Shown: positions 22,964 through 36,863 of the stretch, in pieces | How the letters are laid out: the number at the start of each line of letters is the position of its first letter | Position numbering within the stretch: the first letter of the stretch is position 1 | Assembly (NCBI GenBank): GCA_030704615.1 | Contig: CM060732.1 | Coordinates: 22,196,001 to 22,260,000 of the forward strand | Source: Takakia lepidozioides | Lineage: Eukaryota; Plantae; Bryophyta | Length of the DNA: 64,000 nucleotides | Direction: 5' to 3' | Notes under the pieces: generated by a model | What the model was told of the DNA's origin: nothing | Database searches by the model: none | The model's input: only the letters and a program-made list of their open reading frames with translations | Made by a program: the position numbers and the translations under genes

Positions 22964-25642
22964 TGTAGATGCATATAATGGTACAATTTTCTTTTCAAAT
23001 CGTTTTTTATCTCAAGACAAGCAGTTTCGGCCTTGCACTGCCAAAAACATGATAGTCTGTTAGTTATCTGGAAATCGTTGGTAAAGCATTTAGGAACTTA
23101 GACAGTGTCTGCGACGACCATGGAGAGGAGCTATGACGTCAAGATGACCGTAGGAAGCTGCATCGACAGTAGATTAGGCTTCCAATTCGGTACTAGTAAC
23201 GACAAGGTGTACCTATTCAAACAAAACATGATGACTGTTCAAGTCCCAGATTGCGATCTCTCTGTTCTCCCGCCTCTCAAGTCCAGTAGGAACACATAGC
23301 GAGGAGCTTGGCAATTGGAAGAAACAACATGTACAGCGATGAAATATCGCGACAAGGCGAAATGCTGCATCGGAGCAAACGGCGGTTAGAAGCTTCATGG
23401 TGAAGCTTTGACTCTCCAGTGGTGTAAAGCGTGTAGGAAAAGACTCCGGGAAGATTATGACCCAATAGCAAGGCCAAAGACCCCCAGGGCCAAAGCCTTT
23501 GTGGACCTAGAAACTAGTACCAAGAAGAACCGCCTAGAGTACCATTTCACGAGTCATTAGAGCATCTCAGCACACTCGCATTGGAAGGTTGTCACACCCT
23601 CACTTCTCTCTTTATGTATGTGAAGCTTTTGATTTATCAAGCATTGTCTTGTCCATGGAAAAATTGATTTAAATGAAGCCCTCCAAAGGCGGTGAATGCT
23701 GGCTGAATTTATGATTGAGTTCAAGCTTATGAGTGACAAGGCGCAGAAGACCCCATGATGCCAATGGAATGAGTACCATTTGAGTTTTTATGTTGAATTG
23801 ATGAAGATGTTTTTGGTGACTAAGTTGAATATATTCCAGCTCTGGAAAGAAGGGACCAGCAGGCTGAAGGTATAATTTAGGCCAAATTAAGGCCATACTA
23901 TGTTCTAATTCCCCCCCCACCCCCAAGCAAGCCCTTGAGGTCTAGGGGAGGATTGGTTGTTTTTTTTAAAAAATTTGGGCTGGTTTTCTTTTGATTGGTA
24001 GGACCTGCCCACCATTGCAAGCAGCCCGGAAGAGCCCTGGGTGCTGCGCCAGAGAGCTAGGCATTAAATCAGATAGGCGCGGGAGGTGGCCGTGGTTGGG
24101 CGCCACGGCGTACGGGCTGCGCGGGGCCCTATCGCTGACTTCATTCGTACCAAGAAAGCAAGTACACAGCCGCGTGGCCCTGGCCCTGGGGCACGAGGCA
24201 CTCAAGCGTGCAAAAAAGGCGGGTCTTCACCTGCTGGATAATACGATTGTTCAAGGACCGGCGGACGCCGGCTTTAACCACGGCAGGGACCGGTAGTCCG
24301 CAGCGCGGACCGGCCCGCATGGAGCCACGCCCCGCCACGTGGCGGGGGCGATTACCCTGCGGATACAGCAGCTGATATCTATTTTTAAGAGGGTTCTCTC
24401 ACCTTCAACTATATGCTTTAATTTACACCCCCTCTAAGGGTTAGGGGCCTTTAAAACGTGGCTCCCAGGGTAGGAAAATTCTAGGATTTTGGGGGAACAT
24501 AACCATTGAGGAGAGCTTCCGGATGCACCAGAGGGTTAGCTCAGAAGGTGTATTAGTCCAGAGCTAGAGACCGAGACATTGAGAGACTGGGAGGGAGCAA
24601 AAGTACTCTATCCTGAAATTTAGGCTACAATGAGAGCCAGAGGTAGGGGATGACCTTTTCCAAGGGAGAAAAGACGCATTAGGCCCCTTAAATTAATATA
24701 AGTGGGTGGAATCAGGCTTGGGCCCACCGTGGGATTACTTTATCATTTGAGCATGCATATTTTGGACTGACGGATGAAGTGGCAGGGATGTGATCCGAAC
24801 GAGTTTCATTCATCCGGTAGGGCCGCGGCTGTTCCCCGCGGCAAGAAACGGTTCCCGGGAGTTCCCGGGTTATAACCTGGTTCCCAAGGGGTTCCAGGTT
24901 CCCTTAAAGGTGCTAAGGGTACCTTTGGATTTCCCTCATATTCCCTACGTGGGAGGTATTTTCTGGATTTTATTAATTTTATTAATTTTTCTGCATTTCT
25001 TTTAGTGCAAAAATACCTAAATAGGATAAATGCGCATGATTCAACTTATGGAGCTTAGGGAAACTTATTGAACTTGTTGGACTTATTAACCCAAGCCACT
25101 TAGGGTAGCCTTATTGGACATTTTTGAACCTATTGGATTGTGACAGGTATTGTGGCACCCCTCCTATGTTAAAACAAATTTCTTGGGCATTGGGGTAGGG
25201 AAGCATTGGCCCTTCCAGCGGAGTGACTTGAACTCAAGTACCCGGAGAAGGAGGGGCATTGGGAGAAGTTGATTACCATTCTCCTCCCTAGGCTTGGTAG
25301 GTGCCTTGTGAAGGGATAAACATACATCCTGGCTATAGGCGGCTCATAGGCCTAGGCAGTAGGAATTAGTTAATAAAAGATTTGGAAAGCAGTTACTGAA
25401 ACAAGTGTAGTAGTCCCGTAGGACTTAGAAAACGCAAACTCATACTGTGAAAATGAGTATTCAACTTTTTTTTGCCGGTATGAATTAGTTAGTAACCATA
25501 GCCATCATCTACGACCACGGACCCCCTGCACTAACCGCCGTCGGGTAGGCGGTTCAGTGAGCCCAACCTATACCGCGACTTGACACGACCCCCCTAGCTA
25601 ATGTGCCGTCACCATGACCGCGCGCGCTCAGGGCTCGTCACA
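22964..25642. mobile_element. ~2.7-kb non-coding insertion, probably a solo LTR
   Basis: Splits the Copia YGLKQAPR|VWHQK codons. Starts TGT and ends CA/ACA. Imperfect TSD (TACCC/CACCC). No coding domains. Confidence 0.6.
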
Positions 25643-27020
25643 CCCTAGGAGCTTGTTTCAACCCATATAACGAGTTAAGAAGCTTGTAACACACGAGATG
25701 CTTACCTTTTGGTGCTTCAAATCTTGACGGCTGTTCCATGTACACTTCTTCTTCTAACTTGCTGTTCAAGAATGCTTACATCCATATGATGGATCTCATA
25801 GTCAAGAATAGCTCCCACTGCCAACAAAGTCCTCACAGATTCCAATTTTATCACTGGAGCATAAGTCTCCCGGTAATCAATCCCCAGTATTTGAGCATAA
25901 CCTTTGGCCACCAATCTGGCTTTGAATTGATCAACCTCTCCATTAGATTTTCTCTTGATTCGAAATACCCATTTTGATCCAATGGTTTTCTTCCCTATTG
26001 GCAACTTCACCAATTTCCAAGTCTGATTCTTCTCAATAGACTCTAGTTCTTCCTGCGCAGCTTTCTCCCACTGTTTTGCATGTGGTCCAGCCATTGTAGC
26101 TTCCTCCATGCTCGTTGGCTCCTCAAGAACACTAGTTGCACATGCAAAATATTCATCAGAGAGCAATCTTGCTTGTGCCTTCTTGATCCGTGTAGATCTC
26201 CTTTCACCTGACGGCTGTTCTGGCTCTTTTCATTGACTTCCGTTGGTTCTTTCAAGTTCCAACTGTGTTTGAGTTTCCTCGATCAATGTCTCAGTGGGCA
26301 ACTCTTCAATCTCATAATCCTCCAAAATTACAGGTGCACTGCGATCACTCGAGTCTTCCTTGGTAGTTGAAGTGGATTATTCCAACTTCTCCTATAATAC
26401 AACATCCCTAGAAATTATCATCTTCTTTGTGACTGGATCATACAACTTTGATCCCTTTTTAGTTTCCGAGTAACCCACCATCAAGCACACTTTGCTTTTC
26501 GACCCCAACTTGGTTCTGGTTGCATCTGGTGTATGGACATAAGCTTTACTGCCAAAAGTTATTAAGTGATTAACATATGGCTTTTTGCCTGTCCACATCT
26601 CAATGAGAGTTTTTCCTGCAACAGCTCTGATAGGACTCCTCATTCTCAAATACACAGCTCTAGCAATGGCATCTGCCCAAAATCTGATCAGCGCTAACCC
26701 ACTATGATACAACGTACATCTTGCTGCTTCGACAACTGTTATATTCCATCTAGCAATACCGTTTTGTTGCGGGGTATAAGGAGCTGTAGTTTGATGAGCT
26801 ATTCCTTCTTCTTCAGATACAACTCAAACTCTCTTGAGAGATATTCCCCTCTGTTATCGTTACGCAGAGATTTGATTTTTTTCCTATCTGCTTTTCAGTA
26901 ACGCACTTCAACTCTTTGAATTTCGAAAATACTTATGTTTTATTTGTCATGAAATAACATACCGACTTTCTAGAGTAGTCATCAATGAAACTTATAAAAT
27001 ACCTCTTTCCACTGATTGAC
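25643..27020 (-). pseudogene. Copia integrase core and RT N-terminal part
   Basis: RYFISFIDDYSRK, FWADAIARAVYL, FGSKAYVH..KSKVCLMVGYS, EPTSMEEA, IGSKWVFRIK..FKARLVAKGY. Confidence 0.9.
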
Positions 27021-27043
27021 GAAACCTTTCTCTACAACAAATG

Positions 27044-28251
27044 GAGGGGGGGGGGGGGGGCGCGACGCCAGCCGTGGCGCCGAGCCCGTGATGCCGAGCC
27101 CGTGGCGTTTTTTTGCGACGCCGGGCCCCCGCTGCGACACCATTGTGACGCCCAACCGTCGCAAGATGACATGAAGGGGGAAAGAGGGCCCTCGCTGCGA
27201 CGGATTTTTTTCTTGCGACGCTCGGCGTCGCGGTTTTTTTTTTTTTTGACGTTGCGATGCCTCGGCGTTGCAAAAGTATCACTAAGGGTGCCCCAGTGCC
27301 TCTGCGACGCCAGGGCGTCGAAACAACATCACCACAATGAGAGTTTGTTTTTTTTTTTTTTTGTTTTTTTGTTTTTTTTTTTTTTTGGCTTTGTTTCCCT
27401 CAACTTCACAAAAGCGTCGCTAGGGGCATCCCGCGCTGGGACGGCCAACGCTGCGATGCCAGGGTTCGCAACGGCATCGTCACAGGGGGTCGCAATGGTG
27501 TTGTAGTCAGCTTAGGTCATCATAAGGATGTCGCTTGGGGCGTTTGATGGTGGGGGGGGGTGCAACTACGGCGACGACGTTGGGGCTGGGGCTGGGCACT
27601 AAGGTTGTGGAGGTTGCAACTCCCAGGCGTCACAAGAGGGACCCCCTTAGATGGAACTTGAAGGAAATCTTCATATGTATATATATATATATTTAGATTG
27701 CTTTTGTGATATATAGATGTAACGTAGGTGTGTTGGTTAGTCTATAATGTCTTAGAAATGTTATAACGTAGAGGTCTTAGGTTCAAATATGCATTGCATG
27801 ATATATGTAGAACAATGAACATATCGCCATTAGACAGAACCGGAGTCAATGATCAACAAGTTTTTGAAATTCAAATTTTCCCGCCTAAATTCAAATGTAC
27901 CCCCTTAAATTGCGACGTCCGGGCGTCGCACTTTGCGACCACCGGACAGTGCTAATTCTGCAATGCAGAGTAGGTTTTTATTTTTTATTTTTTAAAATAT
28001 TAATTAATTAATTTTTAATTTAATTTTTTGCGACGTCAGGCATTGCAAATCGGGTCAGAAATTGCATCGGTGTCGCAAATCGCGGTTTCGCCTTTTTGCG
28101 ACCCCCATTGGTCGCAAATTCGCGACATTTTTTTGGCGACGGGCTTGCGACGCCCGGACGTCGCAAATTTGGTTCCTCCCCCTGCCCGAAAAGGGCTGTT
28201 TTATGACGCCGTGGCGTGGCTGCGGCGTCGAAAACCCCCCCCCCCCCCCTC
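27044..28251. mobile_element. Non-autonomous TIR element with GAG(G)n...(C)nCTC termini and GCGACG subterminal repeats
   Basis: Inverted G/C homopolymer ends followed by CGACGCC. Many (T)GCGAC/GTCGC motifs at both ends around an AT-rich core. Interrupts the Copia integrase. TSD not resolved. Confidence 0.65.
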
Positions 28252-28371
28252 TTTCCTGTAATGTTCGCTGGATCCCAGACATCAGTATGTATGAGTTCGA
28301 GTGCATCACTTGCGTGTGTGCCTCCGTCTTTTGGAAATGATCTCCTTTTCTGTTTCCCATCATGCACCCCT

Positions 28372-29094
28372 TGTTGCGGCCCTTTGCCTTGAGGGCAGGG
28401 GGTCGGGACACATGAGGGGCTGCCCCTGTGGTGGGGGCAGCGACAGCGATAGGTATGGGGGCTGAAGCACCCTTGAGTGCCCAAGGCACTCAAGGAGGCG
28501 GAGGCGCTCACTAGGTGGAGCCCCGCACACCGGGTTGCGGTGGAGGTGGCTCCACAAGGGGTGGTGGTAGCTTAGTGGGACTTAGTGGGGGTGGCATAGG
28601 ACTCACCATGGGGTGGAGACCTCGAGGTGGGAGTCGTGGGGAGTCTTGGGACTCATCACGGTCCATTGGGGCCGCGGTGAGTGGGCCAAGACTCACCGCG
28701 ACTCACCATCGGGAGTCGAGGGTTTTCGTGGTGGTTCGCCATAAAATGGCATGGCTGGTTATGAAACCCCCGCGGACAGCTACAGAAGTATATATAGGGA
28801 GTAGTAACCCCGAGAACGGTGCAAGCCCGTTGGTGACCAAAAACTAGTGAGTAAGCGAGCGAGCCGGAAAGCGACCAAAGAGTGGGGAGCTGTTCCGGAC
28901 TGCCATCTACCAAAGGGAATTCTCCTAGTCCCAAATAGGTGGAGGGTTTAGAGGGAAGCGGAAGGGGACCGTTATGTCCCGGTGAGCAGCCGAAACTCCA
29001 AGTTGGCCCGGCGGCCAGGTTGGGAGTCAGGCGCGCGCATCAAAGCGAGTAACTATGACTTGAAGGGGAGTTTACCGAACTGAGGTGTGCGACA
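28372..29094 (+). repeat. Gypsy-1 5' LTR
   Basis: Near-identical to 34659-35381; followed by a tRNA-iMet PBS. Confidence 0.95.
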
Positions 29095-29149
29095 CTTGGT
29101 ATCAGAGCTTAGAGTTCAGTACGCGATCGTCCTTGGGATTGGCCTCATC

Positions 29150-32100
29150 ATGGGGTCGGGCAAGCCAAAGCGAAAGCGGAACGGCCCAAAAGATGATGAT
29201 CCCGGTGAGCCCGATGGGGGCGACGTGTCACCGAGGCGGCCGTTTGAGGAAGCGATTAATGTTTCCGAAAACGAGGCCGCTCAGGAGCGGGAGGAATCCG
29301 AGGAGTCGGAGCCCGAGGAATCTTTGAGAGCTCCGACAAACCAAGAGATGCCTCCCATGCCGGCAGCCTTTTGGGAAGGGTTGTTGGCGCAGTTTGGCGG
29401 GACGTTGAAAGACGTGTTGAAGGCGGCTAATGCCACTTCCACCAAGGCAAAGTTTAAGGTGAAGCCTAAGGAACCCGGCACCTTCGAGGGCGTTCGAAAC
29501 CGGAAGGCACTCAACACCTGGCTCCTGGAGCTAGAGCAGTACTTCCGGGCGGCCAAGTTGAGTGACGAGGATCGGGTGGAAGTGGCTCCCACCTATTTGA
29601 GGGGCTATGCTCAACAATGGTGGCAGAAACGCCTTCACGACCGAGGCCCAAGCCCGGAAACCTTGAACTGGAGTGAGTTCAAGGAATTGATGAAGAGACA
29701 GTTTGTGCCCCTCAACGCATCCTGGCTTGCCCGGGACAAGATGAGGAATTTGAAGCAAACAGATGACATTCGGGGGTATGTCCAGGCTTTCAATGTGCTG
29801 TTGCTCGAAGTCGCGGACATGGCAGAACCAGAAATGGTCTTCAACTTTGTGGCGGGACTGGCCCCATGGGCTAGGCGGAAGTTGGAGGAGAAGCCACCCA
29901 AGACTTTGAACGAGGCAATTGAGAGAGCTGAATGTTTCTCGGATGTCCCTAGGGGTGAGAGACAAGGCCGTACGGAGCTGAACCACAAGAAGACCCGGCG
30001 GGAAGGTGACTCCTCCCGACCGGAAAAGAAGTGGGATAGGCCACGCGGCGAAAATGGCACGTGGAAATCGAAGGGAGGTCCTTCACACGTCAAGGCGGCA
30101 CCCGGTGCTTCGAAAGGAAAAGCGGGTGGAGCGACTTATGGCGGACAGAAGGCGACCTTTGATGGAGTGTGTTTCAATTGCGGGGAGCCCGGGCACATGG
30201 CCAAGAAGTGCACGAAGCCCCGGCAATTGAACATGACTCGGGCGACCACGGAGCTGTCGGAAGATACCATCAGTCGCTTGGTGGAAGCGGTGGTCGCCAG
30301 GACTTGCAAGGTAGGCAAATTTTCTTGTGAGTTGTATCAGGAAACTGGCGCCTTACGAAAAGGGAGTCAGTTATTGTTCGTGGATGGGATAATATCCGGA
30401 ACTAATGTGTCGTTGTTGGTGGACACAGGAGCGTCGCACTCCTTCATGACGCCGGCGGCGGCGCGAAAGTTGGGACTCCCGACAAGTGACGTGGGGGCCT
30501 CTATTGAGGTGCGCTCTGCCAAAGGAGAACCTCAGTTGGCGACAAGGTTGGCGTTTGATGTTCCTCTTCAACTGGGGAGTTGGGAGGGACGTGAGAACTT
30601 CACTATCTGCGAGATCGATGGAGTGGATCTCATTTTGGGAATGACCTTTTTGAGCAAATCCGGAGCGGTCATAGATGGCCGCAAGAGAGTAGTCACGCTG
30701 CCATGTGGGAATGGTGGCGAGGTTTTACGAGTGTCGGAAACGCCCAAATCCGTGGGAGGGCGAATAAACCTTCTATCAGCAAAGGAGTGGGCCGTGGAGG
30801 AGACACACGAGTCCCAGTTTTTGCTTTACATTAGAGAAGTGAAAGGAGAAGGCGATGGGGAGCCGAGCCCAGATTGGATCAAGGGGATTTTGGAGAAATA
30901 CCAGGATGTGATGCCGGAGGATTTACCAAGCGGCTTGCCACCGCGAAGAGGAGTTGACCACAAATTGAGGTGATACCGGGATCGGAACCGCCTGCCAAGG
31001 CGCCCTACCGGTTGAGCCACAAAGAGTTGGTCGAGCTGAAGACTCAGCTCAAAGATCTAATGTCAAAGGGGTACATCCGGCCGAGTAAGTCACCTTACGG
31101 AGCCCCGGTGCTATTTGCAGACAAGAAGGATGGGACGCTGCGGATGTGTGTCGATTACAGGGCTCTGAATAAGGTGACTATCAAAAACCGGTACCCTTTG
31201 CCAAGGATCGACGACCTCTTCGATCGGTTGGCAGGAGCGAAGTATTTCAGCCGGATCGACTTGCGCTCCGGCTATCACCAAATTCGGGTGGCGGAAGGAG
31301 ATGAGGAGAAGACCGCGTGCAGGACAAGGTATGGTTCATATGAGTTCTTGGTGATGCCTTTTGGGCTCACCAATGCACCAGCGACATTTAGCACGCTGAT
31401 GAACAGCCTTTTCCAGGAGTGGTTGGATGACTTTGTGATCGTGTACATCGACGACATCTTGGTGTACTCGAAAACAAAGGAGGAGCACCTGGAGCACCTC
31501 AAAAGGGTGTTCCAAAATTGCGAGAAGGGAAGCTGTATGCCAAAGCTTCAAAGTGCGAATTCGGGGTCACAAAAGTGGAGTTCTTGGGGCACGTGATTAC
31601 ACAGGATGGGATCAAAATGGATGACAGAAAGGTGAGGGCGATCTTGGACTGGGAGCCTCCGACTTCGGTCCCGGGAGTGCGATCCTTCCTAGGACTCGCC
31701 TCCTATTACCGGAAGTATGTGAGAAATTTCGCCAAGATCGCGGGGCCGCTGTCGGACCTTCTGTGTAAATCCAAAGTCTGGGTATGGAACACATTTTGTG
31801 GCCAAGCTTTTGCTGAATTGAAGCAGCGGATGACGGAAGCTCCAGTCTTAAAAATCCCGGAGTTCGATCGTCCGTTTGAGATTCATACAGATGCATCGGA
31901 CTTCGCAATTGGGGGTGTACTTATGCAAGATGGACGTCCAGTGGCTTACGAAAGTAAGAAACTGAATGAAGTGGAGCGACGGTGGCCGACGCACGAAAAA
32001 GAGATGAAGGCGGTGGTACATTGCCTTGAACTCTGGCGCCACTATGTTGGTTCCAACCCAGTGAAGGTGTTCACGGACAATGTCACGGTGAAGTATTTTG

Positions 32101-33752
32101 CCACGCAGCCCAAGTTGTCCCCAAAACAACTTAGGTGGCAAGATACTTTGGCAGTGTTCGACGTGGATATCCAGTACAAACCGGGACGGGACAATGTGGT
32201 GGCCGATGCTTTAAGTAGAAAGCAGCAGCTCTTGTTGGTGTACAAGGGCGAGACGGCGCTCCAAAGGAAGATCCGGAAGGCTTGCCGGAAGGATGAGCTG
32301 GCAAAGTGCGTGATGCAGAACTTGAGAATGGGGGTTAAATCGCAGTTCCACTTGCAAAACGGACTGCTCCGGTATAAGCAAAAACGTCTCTATGTGCCAA
32401 AGGGAGGGATCAGGGATAGTCTCTTGAGAGAATGCCATGATAGCCCGCTTGCGGGCCACGGTGGAGCCAAGCGCACTGCGGCACTCTTGAAGAAAGAGTA
32501 TTTCTGGCCCAAACTGAGGGAGGAGGCAGAGGAGTATGTAAAGACATGCACCACATGCCAACAAAACCGGAGCGAGTATAAAAAGCAAGCGGGGCTGTTA
32601 CAACCCTTGCCGATTCCAGAGGGGACTTGGGAAAGCGTCTCGATGGATTTCATGACTGCTATGCCGCTGTCAAAAGGATTCGATGCAATCATGGTGGTGG
32701 TAGATAGGTTCAGTAAAATGGCCCATTTCATCCCCACCAAGGAGACGGCAACTGCGCAGGAGACAGGGCGACTTTACTTCGCCCACGTCTTAAAGCATCA
32801 TGGAGTCCCGAAGGATATTGTCTCGGACCGCGACCCAAAGTTTACGAGTAAATTCTGGAGAGCACTTTGGAAGAAGATGGGGACGAGGCTGAAGATGAGC
32901 ACCGCCTTCCGACCTACGACGGACGGCCAAACGGAAAGAGTGAATTCCGTAGTGAAGCAATTCTTGCGGAATTACGTGTCGGCAGACCAATCAGACTGGA
33001 TGGAACACTTAGACGCGGCAGAGTTCTGTTATAATAACACAGAACACTCCGCGACGGGAGTTTCCCCTTTTGTGTTGGTCTATGGAAAAGCACCTCTGGT
33101 GCCGACAAGTTGGGCCGCCCAGGACGTTGAGGAACCGGCAGTAGCGGCGGTACTGGAAGAACGCGAGCGTTTGTTGAAGCTCGCAAAGTACAACATTGCC
33201 AAAGCTAGGAAACGGTATGAAAGGCAGGCGAATCGGAAGCGGAGGGAAGTGAAGTTTGAGGCAGGCACAGAGGTCTGGTTGAACATCAAGAATTTTCGAC
33301 TACCTCCGGAAGATGAGTCCGAAGTTCGTACCTCCGTATGCGGGTCCCTTTCGCATTCGGAGGGTTATGAATGAGGATGTGTATGAATTGGAGCTGCCAG
33401 CAAACAGCAAGGTGCACCCAGTATTCCATGTCTCCCTTTTGAAGCCTTACTTCAAGATGAAGCACGTCCGAATCGGCAGCAAGTTTGAAGCCTTCAAAAT
33501 GAAGCACGTCCGAATCGGCAGCAAGTGTTGCGTCCGCCACCTATGCTGTTGGATCATGAAAATGAACCCGAGTACGAGGTGGAGGCAATACTTAAGTCGA
33601 GGAGGTTCAAGAACCGAGAAACGGAGTATCTCGTCAAATGGAAGGGCTATCATCTTGTGGAGGCATCTTGGGTGCGTGCCTCAGAAATGGGAAACGCATC
33701 CGAGGCAGTTGCAGCGTTCGAAGGGCGACCTCAAAAGCGGAAGAAGCGTTGA
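29150..33752 (+). pseudogene. gag-pol polyprotein with chromodomain; broken by frameshifts (~30970, ~31520, ~33310, ~33450-33525)
   Basis: CFNCGEPGHMAKKC knuckle; LVDTGASH protease; [11 protein letters not shown]; TDASDFAIG RNase H; H..H..C..C and SDRDPKF integrase; [20 protein letters not shown] chromodomain. Confidence 0.95.
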
Positions 33753-34658
33753 TGGGGACATCAACCTTGGAGCGTGGGGGAGGAAATGCATGCTTAGCCC
33801 GGTTTAGCTAGCTCAGGAATCCGATTGCAAAAACTTGTATTGTACAAAAATTTGTGATAAAGGAAATGGGTTCCAAATATTGTGCGTCCTATTGTGTTTG
33901 GAATGGTGATGCATGGTGTGGTTGGCTGGTGTGTAGAATGCATGCTAGCTTACAAAAGTGGGAGAGGTAAATTGGGTTAATCGTGTGTTTGCGCAGTGCC
34001 GAAATCGGGTGACTCCCATCCAAGGGGCAAGGAAACTTGCGCCTTATTTGGGAGTTCAAGTGCTAGTGCGCACCTGGCGCGTGCGCGTACTATAACTGCG
34101 CTACCGAGGGGGTTGCCTTGTAGTGCGGGCTAACGCGGAAGCTACGTGCTTCCGTTCACGTACTATAATCGTGTAGCCTCGGGACGAAGTCGTAGTGCGG
34201 CTTCGGCGTGTTCCCGTACCTCAGGCCAGCATTCCAAGGCGGACCCAATTGTAGTGATTGGGGCGCACGGTTGGTTCAAGGTTATCTTCCTAGTCAAAGA
34301 GGGTTCCAGGTGAACCCTTGCTCAAGGTGATGCCAAAAGCGGCATCATGAGCGATCGCAAGCAATGTTGTTGCAGTAAGGCGATTCGATCCTCGGGGAGG
34401 ATCGTTCCTTGGCCTTGAAGTAGGCCAAGAAGAGTGCACTGGGAGGAGCTGGAGAGGCTCCACCCTTGGCCGGGACTTGGAGGAAGTCGGCCGAACTAGC
34501 TAGTGGAGAGTGGAGTCAAGTGTGGGGTTTGGTTCTTTGCCATGGGACGCCATGGTACGGAAACAAACTCCTTGATGTGGGACGCCACAACTTGGATGTT
34601 CGTTTCTACAAAATGGACAAGTCGATGAGGACATCGACTCCCTGTTGGTAGGGGTGTG

Positions 34659-35381
34659 TGTCGCGGCCCTTTGCCTTGAGGGCAGGGGGTCGGGACACAT
34701 GAGGGGCTGCCCCTGTGGTGGGGCAGCGGCAGCGATAGGTATGGGGGGCTGAAGCACCCTTGAGTGCCCAAGGCACTCAAGGAGGCGGAGGCGCTCACTA
34801 GGTGGAGCCCCGCACACCGGGTTGCGGTGGAGGTGGCTCCACAAGGGGTGGTGGTAGCTTAGTGGGACTTAGTGGGGGTGGCATAGGACTCACCATGGGG
34901 TGGAGACCTCGAGGTGGGAGTCGTGGGGAGTCTTGGGACTCATCACGGTCCATTGGGGCCGCGGTGAGTGGGCCAAGACTCACCGCGACTCACCACCGGG
35001 AGTCGAGGGTTTTCGTGGTGGTTCGCCATAAAATGGCATGGCTGGTTATGAAACCCCCGCGGACAGCTACAGAAGTATATATAGGGAGTAGTAACCCCGA
35101 GAACGGTGCAAGCCCGTTGGTGACCAAAAACTAGTGAGTAAGCGAGCGAGCCGGAAAGCGACCAAAGAGTGGGGAGCTGTTCCGGACTGCCATCTACCAA
35201 AGGGAATTCTCCTAGTCCCAAATAGGTGGAGGGTTTAGAGGGAAGCGGAAGGGGACCGTTATGTCCCGGTGAGCAGCCGAAACTCCAAGTTGGCCCGGCG
35301 GCCAGGTTGGGAGTCAGGCGCGCGCATCAAAGCGAGTAACTATGACTTGAAGGGGAGTTTACCGAACTGAGGTGTGCGACA
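34659..35381 (+). repeat. Gypsy-1 3' LTR
   Basis: TGTCGCGG...GCGACA followed by TSD CCCCT. Confidence 0.95.
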
Positions 35382-36850
35382 CCCCTTGCACACTGGAATT
35401 TGTGTAGTATCACCATCACCGATGTCCAGGCGATGCACCATCTTGTCTTTACCAACTGTTTTAAACCGTCAACTCCAAGATGCCTGAGTCGTAGCTGCCA
35501 TAGTTTTAGCTTTGTTTCTTTCTCATCAACGACCATCGCTTTCTCTTGCTGTTCCACAGTGACAGTACATTGTAGTTTATACAACTTCTTGTCTTGGATT
35601 CCTTGCCCAATGGTTCTTCCATCCTTGCTTTTGATTAAGCAACCACTTCTCATAAACTCAACATGTGCGGCTTGCTCCATCACTTTGCTCACAAAAAACA
35701 AATTATTGGCGAGTTTTGGCACATACAAAACCTCCTTCAAACATGCCTTCACTTTTTTTCCATCTAGGATCAAATTCATGTGAATAGTCCCTTTCCCGAT
35801 TGCCCGTTGGATTGAATATTCATCTCCTATGTAGATATTCCGCTATAGAATTTGGTGGTAATCTGCAAACCACTCAGAGTCTCTCGATATGACAAATGTA
35901 CCGATGCTCATGAATCTATGTACCAAGTATCCCCATCAATTCTGGCTGAAAACTCTTCAACCACATTTGAAACTAAAGCAAATGTTTCATCAAAATTTTC
36001 ATCCATACTGGCCCAGTTGGCTGATTGCCAGAAGCGTTTTTCACAATATTTCTTCCACCCCACTCTCTTACATTTTTTTTGCCTTCCAATCTTCTTTCAA
36101 GAGTCTGCACTCTCTTGCAAAATGAAATGGTTTTCTACAATAGTTGCAAGTGGACCTTGCCTTACCCTCTAAATTTCCTCCATATCTCTCCGCAGATTGG
36201 TTGCCATCCTAGACAAGTACTTGCTTTTGGAATTTATTCCTCCCCATCAAAGCGTCATCTCCTTTTGTAACTGTGTCTTCTTCTCTTTCCACTGTTATTG
36301 ACAATTCCTCCGTGAGTAGCTTGGTGGTCAACAACTCCCACGTTAGATCGCCAGGCTTCAGGGACTCCAATGTTGTGATAAGCGTCCTATAGCTCTCCGG
36401 TAAACTCATCAACATTATGATGATCAGATCTTCATCTTCCACTGTTGCGCCTATAGAGTCTAGCTCATCGGCTAAGTCCATCACTCTGTTGATGTGAATT
36501 ACTTGCATGGCGTCTGATGCAATTTTCTGAATCGCTTTCGAAGTAGAAGTCTATTTGTCAACCCTTTGTCGTGCAGCCGTTTCAGAGTGTCCCATGCAGC
36601 CTTTGAAGTAGTGCATGCTTTGATGCACCTCAATTTTTGATCTGAGATTCTTTCACAGATCACACCAAATGCTTTGTTGTCTCTCTTCGTCCATGCAGTT
36701 TGTTCTGCACTAGCTAGGTCTTTGTGCATTTAGGACTTCCTCTCCACTCACAACACCCCATAGATCCCGTGCCTTCAATGTAGACTTTTCAGTTTTGAAC
36801 TTCCACAAACCAAAATCTTGTCCGTCAAACTTCTCAACTCTAAACACCTG
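35382..36850 (-). pseudogene. Copia gag / protease / GAG-pre-integrase
   Basis: WTKRDNKAFG..TSKAAWDTLK; IIMLMSLPESYRTLITTLE; LKEVLYVPKLANNLFFVS; LWQLRLRHLG. Confidence 0.9.
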
Positions 36851-36863
36851 TGGGCCCATAACC

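Larger units (their letters stand above)
28372..35381 (+). mobile_element. Ty3/Gypsy chromovirus (Tcn1/Galadriel-like), near-intact, recent
   Basis: 723-bp LTRs (28372-29094, 34659-35381), TG...CA, differing at only a few sites. TSD CCCCT. PBS TGGTATCAGAGC at 29097-29108. Order gag-PR-RT-RH-INT-chromodomain. Confidence 0.97.

Noticed and set aside
28515-28934. ORFs duplicated at 34802-35221
   Set aside because: They are chance frames inside the two GC-rich LTRs.
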